This document shows positions 56,643 through 64,000 of a stretch of 64,000 nucleotides of DNA, piece after piece. Origin of the DNA: an uncultured Rikenellaceae bacterium (lineage in GTDB: Bacteria > Bacteroidota > Bacteroidia > Bacteroidales > VadinHA17). Below the pieces are notes generated by a model, which searched no databases, had not been told where the DNA came from, and worked only from the letters and a program-made list of their open reading frames with translations. The DNA lies in contig CAYSXP010000022.1 in assembly GCA_964435015.1 (NCBI GenBank), forward strand, positions 1,734 through 65,733, in the 5' to 3' direction. The position numbers and the translations under genes are program-made. The stretch's first letter is position 1, and every line of letters begins with the position of its first letter.

Positions 56643-57056
56643 CTATTTGTCCTGTTTGATCCTCGTAAGAGTCAGCGGTATTGATCCTCCTGAATAACCG
56701 GCTGTACCGGTCATCTTATTTTTATCCTCTGCTTTCAGGCTGACCCTCACATATTCACCCTCAACATAAACAGAACAGGTGAGCAGTTCATTTTCCACCT
56801 TAACCTCTTCGCCGGTGATCTTATAGCTGCTTCCATCGGGCAGCACCGTAAGCGAATACTTTTTTTCCGCCAGGCTGACAGCTATTGTTCCGGAATTATA
56901 TCCCGGAGGTGCAGCGGGGGCATCAAACTTCCAGCTGCCGGCAGGATTATGCTTGTTGCCGGCTTTGTCCTGTCCTGATACATGGATGAAAAGAAATAAA
57001 CATACCGTGAAAAAACTGATGTACCGTGTTTTCATTGTGATAAATAATTGGTTCAT
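56643..57056 (-). CDS. small secreted hypothetical protein (lipocalin-like beta-rich)
   Basis: The ORF-track model overlaps mobA. The internal ATG at 57056 (or 57035, giving MKTRYISFFTVCLFLFIHVSGQ) abuts the mobA stop. No family recognised. Confidence 0.5.
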   Translation of the reverse strand: MNQLFITMKTRYISFFTVCLFLFIHVSGQDKAGNKHNPAGSWKFDAPAAPPGYNSGTIAVSLAEKKYSLTVLPDGSSYKITGEEVKVENELLTCSVYVEGEYVRVSLKAEDKNKMTGTAGYSGGSIPLTLTRIKQDK

Positions 57057-57057
57057 C

Positions 57058-57657
57058 TCAAAGATAAAGATCTGCCCTGATCTTTTGAATATCGGAAGGG
57101 GAATTAATGTTTGTAAAGGCCCGTTTTGTTGCCGGTGTGTCTTCCAGCTCAAGATAGCCGGTATTCCTGCGGGCAATAAAATCCCTTACGGACCTGTCAT
57201 GGCGTTCAGCCAGGTATTTTTCAAGATCGGGCAGGATCGAAACCCTGAATACAGAGTGCAAAGGCTCTGCAAGACCTCCCCTTTTTGGCATGAATATCTC
57301 ATATCCGGATTCACTAAAGGCTTCAATCTGCTGCCTGACAATTTCTCTGTCAATCAGGGGCATGTCGCCGGCAAAAATAAAAACCGCGTTGCAGGAAGAT
57401 GCTCTGATGGCGGCATGGATCCCGGCAAGCGGACCGGCATTCAGGAAATGATCACCTGTTACAATGCAGCCCTGATGGCCCTGAAATCGTTCCGGGGTAT
57501 TTGTGACAATGATTATTTCAGGGAAGAGTTCCCCTATTGTACCAATGATCCTGGAGATGATTGTTTTCCCGTCAATCAGCAGGTTTGCCTTTGGCAATCC
57601 CCCGAAGCGCCTGCTGGCGCCTCCGGCAAGGATCGCGCCCGAGACACTGTTTTTCAT
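57058..57657 (-). CDS. mobA: molybdenum cofactor guanylyltransferase
   Basis: 199 aa. AILAGGASRRFGG..K and the GPLAGIHAA and FIFAGDMP motifs of MobA. Confidence 0.85.
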   Translation of the reverse strand: MKNSVSGAILAGGASRRFGGLPKANLLIDGKTIISRIIGTIGELFPEIIIVTNTPERFQGHQGCIVTGDHFLNAGPLAGIHAAIRASSCNAVFIFAGDMPLIDREIVRQQIEAFSESGYEIFMPKRGGLAEPLHSVFRVSILPDLEKYLAERHDRSVRDFIARRNTGYLELEDTPATKRAFTNINSPSDIQKIRADLYL

Positions 57658-57696
57658 CCGTATCGGATTACAGGGGAGTTAAGCGGGGCGGCGGTA

Positions 57697-58323
57697 TCAG
57701 CAGCCTCCGGCGGCTCTTTTTTTCTTTGCAGCCGGCTTTATGACCGGCTTAACCGTTAATGCGTTCTGGTCAGCTGCCGGCTGAACGGCATCGCCTCCGC
57801 CGCCAAGGGCTTGTCCGAGGCTTTTGCGGAAGTCGTACTTTGCAAACTCTTCATCCGAGCTGGTGGAAGCAGGTTTTTGAGGATTAAGTATAGCCTCAAA
57901 CCAGTAGTTCAATCCTCCCTCAAGGACATAATTGTTTTCATATCCAAGCTGCCGGGTTATCAGCCAGGCCTGGTTAGCCGCCAGGGTACCGTTTGAATAG
58001 AACACGTTCATTTTAACATCCTGATGAAGGATATCTGTATATTCATCCGACAGCAGGTCGGAAAAAGGTATGTTAATGGCGCCGGGCAGGCTGTATTTTT
58101 CAAATTCATCCTGGCTCCTCACGTCAATGAGCCGCAGGGAAGGGTCTTTCCGAAGTATCATGTCGGCAACAACATCAGGTGCAATGAACTGTGTGCGCGA
58201 GTTTGCCTCGGTAAGCAGCTGGTCAGCCGTCAGTTTGTATGGGTTGGTCTTATTCTGCGGGACGGCAGCTATGATCAGTCCCATCGGTATCAGGAAAAGG
58301 GCAAGCAGGTTGCGTGGTTTCAT
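57697..58323 (-). CDS. membrane-anchored rhodanese-homology-domain protein (non-canonical active-site loop)
   Basis: 208 aa. N-terminal hydrophobic anchor, then a rhodanese fold (LIDVRSQDEFEKYSLPGAINIP...VLEGGLNYW). The active-site position reads FYSNGTLA, with Ser where the Cys is expected. The only Cys is the last residue (...KKKRAAGGC). Confidence 0.75.
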   Translation of the reverse strand: MKPRNLLALFLIPMGLIIAAVPQNKTNPYKLTADQLLTEANSRTQFIAPDVVADMILRKDPSLRLIDVRSQDEFEKYSLPGAINIPFSDLLSDEYTDILHQDVKMNVFYSNGTLAANQAWLITRQLGYENNYVLEGGLNYWFEAILNPQKPASTSSDEEFAKYDFRKSLGQALGGGGDAVQPAADQNALTVKPVIKPAAKKKRAAGGC

Positions 58324-58356
58324 ATTTTTATAAAATTAGTTTTAATGTCATAAAGA

Positions 58357-58947
58357 TCAATAAGTTTCGCGCGGGAATTTCTTTTCGGCCCACTCCGCTG
58401 CCGCAAACATTGCGAGTGCCGTCAATATCAGCAGCAACCCGAACACGCCGTCTGAAAGGCCGAGCGACTCACTTACCTTCGGTTCGCCGAGGTATTTTGC
58501 AAGATACAACTTTTCCCACCATCCGTAGGTAAAGGCAAAACCGTAAACACCAATAAAAAGGCCCCCGATGAACACCATGGCATCAATTTTGCCGATTGCG
58601 GCGCCGCAGAAGCTTGTGCCCGGGCAGAATCCGCCCATGATGAATCCTGCACCCATCACCACCCCCCCGACAATGGCAGAAGTGAGATAGGTGGGATTAA
58701 TATATACGAGGTTAAGGTCGATCCATCCGAAAAGGCCCATGAAAAGCAGGCCCAGCATGGCAGTTATGGCCGCAGTGAAGAAAACTTTCAGAACAACGGC
58801 GTCGTAACCGTAAAAAACGCCGGCCAGCTTCCGGCTCGATGAGAACCCGCTGCTTTCAAGCACCCATCCGAAAGCGATGCCGATGAAGAATGCCAGCAGG
58901 AAATTTGTGTTCTCAGAAATTAATTCATTTGGTGCCAGTGGTCCCAT
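58357..58947 (-). CDS. YeeE/YedE-family sulfur-compound transporter, half-size protein
   Basis: 196 aa, multi-TM, with a GGFCPGTS motif typical of the sulphur-transport (YeeE/YedE) family. Confidence 0.85.
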   Translation of the reverse strand: MGPLAPNELISENTNFLLAFFIGIAFGWVLESSGFSSSRKLAGVFYGYDAVVLKVFFTAAITAMLGLLFMGLFGWIDLNLVYINPTYLTSAIVGGVVMGAGFIMGGFCPGTSFCGAAIGKIDAMVFIGGLFIGVYGFAFTYGWWEKLYLAKYLGEPKVSESLGLSDGVFGLLLILTALAMFAAAEWAEKKFPRETY

Positions 58948-59126
58948 ATCCTGTGTAATTTAATTGATTTTCATCCGTAAATTGATTGACATACCGTATC
59001 TCCATGGTCTTCCTGAACCCGTCCGTTCAATGCTGTCCATCCCGGTGAGATCTCCGGGAATGTCACCCGCGGGTGCAATGTTCTCCGATGTTTCGCGGAA
59101 GATCTTTTTCGTTGCCGATATCATTC

Positions 59127-59660
59127 TCATATCCAGTTTTTTCTGAAGAAATACGCCAGTATGAATGCAGTGCCGAATATTGCCATCATGGTAATAAAGC
59201 CACCCAGCGAAAGGACGGCCATGCCGCTGAGCGCCGATCCGCTGGTGCATCCTCTTCCCAGCTGCGATCCGAAACCGAAAAGGATGCCGCCGGCAAGGGC
59301 AAAGACCAGTCGCCTGCGCGGGGTGATCGTGGGTGAATGTTCCACCTTCAGCTTAAGCCTCCCGGCAAGGGCCCCGGAAATGAATCCGCCCACAATCACT
59401 CCCAGCATCTGAAAAACCAGCCAGGTCTTCAGCGGATTTCCCGAATGCGATTCGGCGTATTCATTCAGGAATGGCATCTTTTCCGCCGCATTCCTGTCGG
59501 CCTTTTCGATGGTAAAGGCGATCACGCTCTTCACGGCACCGCTTGCTCCAAGCCCTCTCCCTGCAATGAAATTAGCCGATAACAGCACCAGGCCAAGCAA
59601 AACACCCCCCAGATACGGATTCAGGTATTTATTTGCCCTTGTTTCTTTTGTAGTAGTCAT
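59127..59660 (-). CDS. YeeE/YedE-family sulfur-compound transporter, half-size protein
   Basis: 177 aa, multi-TM, with GRGLGASG and GRGCTSGS motifs typical of YeeE/YedE. Confidence 0.85.
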   Translation of the reverse strand: MTTTKETRANKYLNPYLGGVLLGLVLLSANFIAGRGLGASGAVKSVIAFTIEKADRNAAEKMPFLNEYAESHSGNPLKTWLVFQMLGVIVGGFISGALAGRLKLKVEHSPTITPRRRLVFALAGGILFGFGSQLGRGCTSGSALSGMAVLSLGGFITMMAIFGTAFILAYFFRKNWI

Positions 59661-59693
59661 TTGAAGTTATTTATTAAAGTATTCGCATATTCA

Positions 59694-60635
59694 TCAGTAC
59701 AGATACCTGCTCGCCTGCCCCGCATAAACAATTATGAACCGCAGCATAAAGCTTCCGAAAATGACCAGGAGCGGTGACACAAAGGCAGGTATGTGAAATT
59801 TCCCCAATTCGAGTATCTCAAGCAGGGCCGGCACTATCAGTCCGAGAATCACCACAAAGATCCAGAATGAGGCGGTGTATTCACCGCCCAGGAACATTCC
59901 TGCGGCCTCTATCTGAACCTGGGTGCTTGCAAGGTATCCCATGAACATATGGACGATAAGAAAAAGCTCAATTCCGATTATTGCAAGGTCGATCTTTGCA
60001 AACTGCTTTCTTTCGGCGGGGTCATTTGACAGGAAGATGATTGTTGCCGCCCCTGCCGACAATCCCGAAGCAAGGAACAGGGGCCCGAGTATGGAGGTGT
60101 TCCACAGCGGCCTTGCATTGAACGCCGACAGCAGGATCCCGGTATAGATGCCCAGGATGAGCCCGAAGATCAGCATGATCCATGCAAGGGCCGGTTTATG
60201 CCTGTTAAAGAAGGCTTCAAGGTTAAAGAGCCATTTGTACCGCCAGTTCCATTGCGGAAATATATCTTTTATATGGAGGGCGCACCAGATAAAGGAAACC
60301 GGTGTGACAACCATGAGGGTCCATGCTCCCCACGACATTGGCGACTGCATCCTTATGTTCGTGTAGAGCTGCCAGAAGTAGAGTTTGTGCCGCAGGTCGG
60401 CGAACAGCGCCAGCAGTCCGATCACCAGGAGGATCGGTGCAAGGAAGGGGGCCACCCTTACGGCCGTATAGTATTGCTTTTCCTTTCCCCTGATATAATA
60501 AAGAGCCGAGAAGCACAGTATTCCGGCCGCCATTCCGCCAAGGAAAAGATAGAGTGGTATCTGCCAGTGCCATATATGAAGGGTGGGATCGATCATGCTG
60601 TTCATCCTTCCGCTGACAATTATTTCTTCTTTCAT
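59694..60635 (-). CDS. psrC: NrfD/PsrC-type integral membrane quinol-interacting subunit
   Basis: 313 aa with about 8 TM segments. WQIPLYLFLGGMAAG is the typical NrfD-family start. It follows the Fe-S and molybdopterin subunits. Confidence 0.85.
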   Translation of the reverse strand: MKEEIIVSGRMNSMIDPTLHIWHWQIPLYLFLGGMAAGILCFSALYYIRGKEKQYYTAVRVAPFLAPILLVIGLLALFADLRHKLYFWQLYTNIRMQSPMSWGAWTLMVVTPVSFIWCALHIKDIFPQWNWRYKWLFNLEAFFNRHKPALAWIMLIFGLILGIYTGILLSAFNARPLWNTSILGPLFLASGLSAGAATIIFLSNDPAERKQFAKIDLAIIGIELFLIVHMFMGYLASTQVQIEAAGMFLGGEYTASFWIFVVILGLIVPALLEILELGKFHIPAFVSPLLVIFGSFMLRFIIVYAGQASRYLY

Positions 60636-60679
60636 TTTATGCAGTTTTGATATTAAGGACCGGTCAGTCTTTCAAAGCC

Positions 60680-61213
60680 TCAGATCAGGAAATAGAGCTG
60701 CGGGTCGGTTCCGGCTTCGGGAACAAGGGTTTTATGCTTCCTTTTCCGGAGGATCTGCGACACATCGCTGTTGGGATCATGAAGGTCGCCGAAGTAAAGG
60801 CATTTGGTGGGGCACACGGCAACGCAGGCCGGGTCCATTCCCTTTTTGATCCGGTGGGCGCAGAAGGTGCATTTGTCAACATATCCTGCCGGATGCGGGT
60901 ACCTGGCATCATACGGGCATGAGACAATGCAGGCCCCGCACCCTATGCATTCGCCCGGCACAACCACAACGATCCCTCCTTCGGTGTAGCGGCTCGCCCC
61001 TGTCGGGCAGCAGCGGACACACGGAGCATTGACGCAATGATTGCATCGTTCCGACCTGATCTCCATTTCAAGCCGCGGATAGGTGCCATCAGTGACCTCA
61101 ACGATCCAGTCGCGGCAGTATCCGACGGGTACATTGTTCTCAGCCTGGCACGCAACGACACAATCGCTGCATCCGACGCACTTCCGCGTATCTGCGGCCA
61201 TCGCGTATCTCAT
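60680..61213 (-). CDS. psrB: 4x[4Fe-4S] ferredoxin subunit of a molybdopterin oxidoreductase (PsrB/DmsB-like)
   Basis: 177 aa. CVGCSDCVVAC, CNHCVNAPCVRCCP, CIGCGACIVSCP and CTFCAHR motifs. ATGA overlap with the upstream gene at 61210-61213. Confidence 0.9.
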   Translation of the reverse strand: MRYAMAADTRKCVGCSDCVVACQAENNVPVGYCRDWIVEVTDGTYPRLEMEIRSERCNHCVNAPCVRCCPTGASRYTEGGIVVVVPGECIGCGACIVSCPYDARYPHPAGYVDKCTFCAHRIKKGMDPACVAVCPTKCLYFGDLHDPNSDVSQILRKRKHKTLVPEAGTDPQLYFLI

Positions 61214-63447
61214 GATTCCGCCTCCTTTCCTGCTTTTTCCGTTACAAACGTCACAAAATTCCCCCTCATACCCGTGCCTCCCATTATGGGGTCAGTCATA
61301 ACCCTGGTTATCAGCTGGGTGTCACTGGCGCCCTTGCCGTAGCAACGCTTCATCTGCTTCTGCGCATGGCCGAATCCATGGACCATGTACACCGAATCCC
61401 ACCGTATCCGCTCAGTGACCCTGACCTTTACAGGAAATTCCGACACAACGTCATCCTGGTTTTTCAGCCGTATATACTGGTCATTGACTATCCCCCACTC
61501 CCCTGCCACCTTTGGATTCACCCACACGCTGTTCTCATCCATCAGATCCGTCAGGTTGGGATTGTTCGAGGTACGGCTGAAGGTGTGCATGGGCGCCCTG
61601 CCGTAAATAAGGCGGTAATACCCTTCGGGGGGCTCCCCGTGAGGAGTGTACCTGGGCAGCGGATCGAATCCCATCTGCTCAAGATATGAAGAATAAAGTT
61701 CTATTTTTCCAGAATCGGTCGAAAATCCGGCCGGCTCATCTTCACCTATGTAAATATCATCGTTTTCGCGTTCGAAGTTTTTCACCCCGGTTTTTTTCAG
61801 TTCATCGAGCGACAATCCTGCCTGCTTCAGCTGCCAGTCAATGAGATCTTCCTGCCGTTCGAAGGGAAACCATGGGCCCAGATCGAGTTTGAGGGCAAGT
61901 TCCCTTGCTATCCGGTACCCCGGCCTGGTGTCGTACATGGGCTCGGCAGCAGGCATCCTGAGGGCTATTGCCGGCTTGCGGTGAGGGCTCGTCCGGATGA
62001 CATCATACCTTTCCAGGTAGGTGCATTCCGGGAGCACCACGTCGGCCCACCCGGTGATCTCCATGGGCATGGTGTCGACGGCAACGACAAGATCAAGGTT
62101 CTGTACCGCCCTTATTGTTTTTGCCTGATCGGGAACGGTAAGCATGAGATTGCATGCGTTGACGAACCATCCCTTGATGGGATAGGCGGGATTGTTCTCA
62201 GGGATCGACCCGTCAATAAGGGCGTTGGTGACCACCAGGCCCGCACCGGGGTATTTCCCGGGGAAAAGATCGGCCCATGTCCGTGAGGGCTCGGGATAGG
62301 CTGGCAAGACGGGTGAAGGCAGCTCATACCTTGCCGGGCGGTAAAACCCGCCTCTCCTGCCCCATGACCCCAGGAGGGCGTTCAGTATTGCAATGGCACG
62401 GCTCCGCTGGGTGTCATCACCGTACCATGTCACATGACGGCCCGGGTGAACCAGAACAGCCGGTGAGGCATTTGCCATCTCCCGGGCGGTCTTGCGGATG
62501 ATATCGGGTGCGATGGTGGTGATGCCGTGGGCCCATTCGGGAGTGAAATCCCTGACATGCGCCTTCAGCTGATCAAATCCCAGGCAATATTTTTCAACAT
62601 ATTTCCTGTCGAAATATTCATTGTAGATGATCTCATGCATCCAGGCAAGCAGCAGGGCAATATCCGTGGCGGGCTTAACGGGAAGCCAGTACTTCGATTT
62701 CCCGGCGGCAGTCGAAAAGCGGGGATCAACTGTTATTATCACCGCTCCCTTGTCGATCGCATCCGACATTTCCTGTACCTGGCTGTTATGCATGTTCTCC
62801 CCTATATGCGATCCTATCAGCACAAGGCACCTGGTGTCGCGGATATCGGTGATCTCCGGCGAATAAACTTCTTCCCCGAAAGTTGCAATGAATGCTTCAT
62901 CCCTGGGTCCGCGGCATTGCGCGTACGATGGTTCCGCGATGTTTGGCGATCCGTAAGCCCTGAACAGGTTGTTGAAATTGCTGCTGCCCGATCCATGGGT
63001 GAACAAAGCCATGCTTTCAGGCCCGTAATCGGAGGAGATCTTTTTCATCCTCACGGCAATGTATGCGAGAGCTTCATCCCAGTCTGCTTCCCTGAAAACC
63101 TGCTTTCCCCTCTGCGAGGTCCTGATAAGCGGCCTCTTCAGCCTGTCCCCGTCATGGTACATGCCAACCCCGCCGGTGCCACGCGGACAGAGCCGCCCGT
63201 TGCAGTGCTGGTCGTCGTCGTTCCCCACTATCTTCCAGATGTCTCCTCCGGGTGTTTTATAAACCCAGCCCGCACACTTCCAGAAACACAATTCGCAATA
63301 CGTTGGCACCCGGCTCGCACCGGTTCCGGTATCCGCAAGCCCGTCTGACGAAGGATCCGTGCCGAAAAACCTGCAGCCGCCCGTGCCAAGGGCCAGAGCA
63401 CCTGCCCCTAAAAATGAGATCCTTATGAATTCTCTCCTGCTGGCCAT
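61210..63447 (-). CDS. psrA: TAT-exported bis-MGD molybdopterin oxidoreductase catalytic subunit (polysulfide/thiosulfate reductase-like)
   Basis: 745 aa. Twin-arginine signal SRREFIRISFLGAGALA and an N-terminal 4Fe-4S motif, CELCFWKC...C..RLCPRG. The size and PsrABC gene order fit the Psr/Phs clade. Substrate is not determinable by eye. Confidence 0.85.
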   Translation of the reverse strand: MASRREFIRISFLGAGALALGTGGCRFFGTDPSSDGLADTGTGASRVPTYCELCFWKCAGWVYKTPGGDIWKIVGNDDDQHCNGRLCPRGTGGVGMYHDGDRLKRPLIRTSQRGKQVFREADWDEALAYIAVRMKKISSDYGPESMALFTHGSGSSNFNNLFRAYGSPNIAEPSYAQCRGPRDEAFIATFGEEVYSPEITDIRDTRCLVLIGSHIGENMHNSQVQEMSDAIDKGAVIITVDPRFSTAAGKSKYWLPVKPATDIALLLAWMHEIIYNEYFDRKYVEKYCLGFDQLKAHVRDFTPEWAHGITTIAPDIIRKTAREMANASPAVLVHPGRHVTWYGDDTQRSRAIAILNALLGSWGRRGGFYRPARYELPSPVLPAYPEPSRTWADLFPGKYPGAGLVVTNALIDGSIPENNPAYPIKGWFVNACNLMLTVPDQAKTIRAVQNLDLVVAVDTMPMEITGWADVVLPECTYLERYDVIRTSPHRKPAIALRMPAAEPMYDTRPGYRIARELALKLDLGPWFPFERQEDLIDWQLKQAGLSLDELKKTGVKNFERENDDIYIGEDEPAGFSTDSGKIELYSSYLEQMGFDPLPRYTPHGEPPEGYYRLIYGRAPMHTFSRTSNNPNLTDLMDENSVWVNPKVAGEWGIVNDQYIRLKNQDDVVSEFPVKVRVTERIRWDSVYMVHGFGHAQKQMKRCYGKGASDTQLITRVMTDPIMGGTGMRGNFVTFVTEKAGKEAES

Positions 63448-63604
63448 ATAAAGTCCTGTGTATTAAGATACAAGAAATATCCTGCATTCATCTTATGATG
63501 TTATCTGCATGACTGGATATTTGAATCCACGAAACTACAAAAAGTACTGTTATTTCAATAACAATATGATAAATATTAGCGGAAAAACCTGCAAATAACA
63601 TCTG

Positions 63605-64000
63605 TCAGTCAGGCTGCATCTTCAGCAGCTCTGAAAGGCTCTTTCCCGGCCTGAACATCCTGAATGCCGGCGGCCACACCTTTGACAGGAGCCTGTCTTG
63701 TTCATGCCTGACAATTATTGCCAGCTCATCGAGGGCAGGAGGGTTTTTGCCGGGAACATATTTATATCCGAGCTCCCTGAGCAAAACGGCCAGATCGTTA
63801 TACTTTCCCAGGTTGTCTGTCAGTGTTTCGAGCCTTTTTTCCAGGCTTCTTACAACACCCGGTTTCATCGGGCGGAAGAACCAGAGCTGGTAAAGAAGAT
63901 CCTTGCATCTTTTCCTGAGCTCATGAAGCCTGACCGGCCCGGGATTGTTCCTGGCTGCAATGTAGAGGTCCGCCACCTGCCGGAACGATGAATCAAGCTG
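63605..64000 (-). CDS. CHAD-domain protein, C-terminal part only (gene runs off the right edge)
   Basis: The ORF-track start at 63976 is a GTG and the frame stays open to base 64000. LHELRKRCKDLLYQLWFF resembles the CHAD repeat motif. Confidence 0.6.
   Translation of the reverse strand, partial: QLDSSFRQVADLYIAARNNPGPVRLHELRKRCKDLLYQLWFFRPMKPGVVRSLEKRLETLTDNLGKYNDLAVLLRELGYKYVPGKNPPALDELAIIVRHEQDRLLSKVWPPAFRMFRPGKSLSELLKMQPD

Noticed and set aside
56643-57176. 119-nt overlap between the small secreted protein ORF and mobA
   Set aside because: This is an artefact of the longest-ORF rule. An internal ATG at 57056 abuts the mobA stop and is followed by a signal-peptide-like sequence.
58960-59250. 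Full 96-aa ORF overlapping the 3' end of the upstream YeeE half-gene
   Set aside because: The first 40 codons overlap a confidently called membrane-protein gene in another frame. Only the distal 56 codons, starting at the ATGA junction, are even arguably coding; these are reported separately as low confidence.

Overview
64-kb gene-dense chromosomal window of about 50% GC with roughly 55 CDS. I saw no rRNA, tRNA, CRISPR array, IS element or phage genes by eye. Gene content and recurrent TAnnTTTG -7 boxes 24-53 nt upstream of start codons suggest an anaerobic member of Bacteroidota (inference). Layout: (1) 1-14.4 kb is a hexuronate/pectin locus: kduD, kduI, uxaC, SDR-type mannonate oxidoreductase, a LarA-family protein, a Gfo/Idh/MocA oxidoreductase, gnd, an ExuT-like MFS, uxaE, a TAT-exported TIM-barrel isomerase and a GH35 beta-galactosidase. 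Two microsatellites interrupt it, one a 17-copy GGGTTNN array. (2) 14.5-19 kb holds an MsbA-like ABC exporter, purB, mqnA and a small HTH protein. (3) 19.3-25.5 kb is an assimilatory sulfate/cysteine operon: DUF2061, APS-type cysH, cysD, cysN, a trans-sulfuration PLP enzyme, cysE, cysK. (4) 25.7-31.6 kb holds dinB, a CN-hydrolase and a trimeric [FeFe]-hydrogenase, hydCBA. (5) 32-48 kb is housekeeping: tkt, a HAD hydrolase, mnmD-like, two PPIases, DUF3127, a beta-propeller/phosphoesterase fusion, dcp, purL. (6) 48.2-63.4 kb is a same-strand sulfur/redox supercluster: a psrABC-like molybdoenzyme, a split YeeE/YedE transporter, an atypical rhodanese, mobA, an M1 peptidase, and a five-gene Hdr-like operon (hdrC-hdrB-short hdrA-ferredoxin-membrane HdrE/HdrD fusion). 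Best candidates for something new are the hybrid soluble/membrane Hdr-like operon, the rhodanese lacking its catalytic Cys but ending in a C-terminal Cys, the LarA-like/Gnd module in the uronate locus, and the HydABC with a minimal HydB and a natural TSCSP H-cluster motif. All functional calls come from reading the translations; no database search was run.
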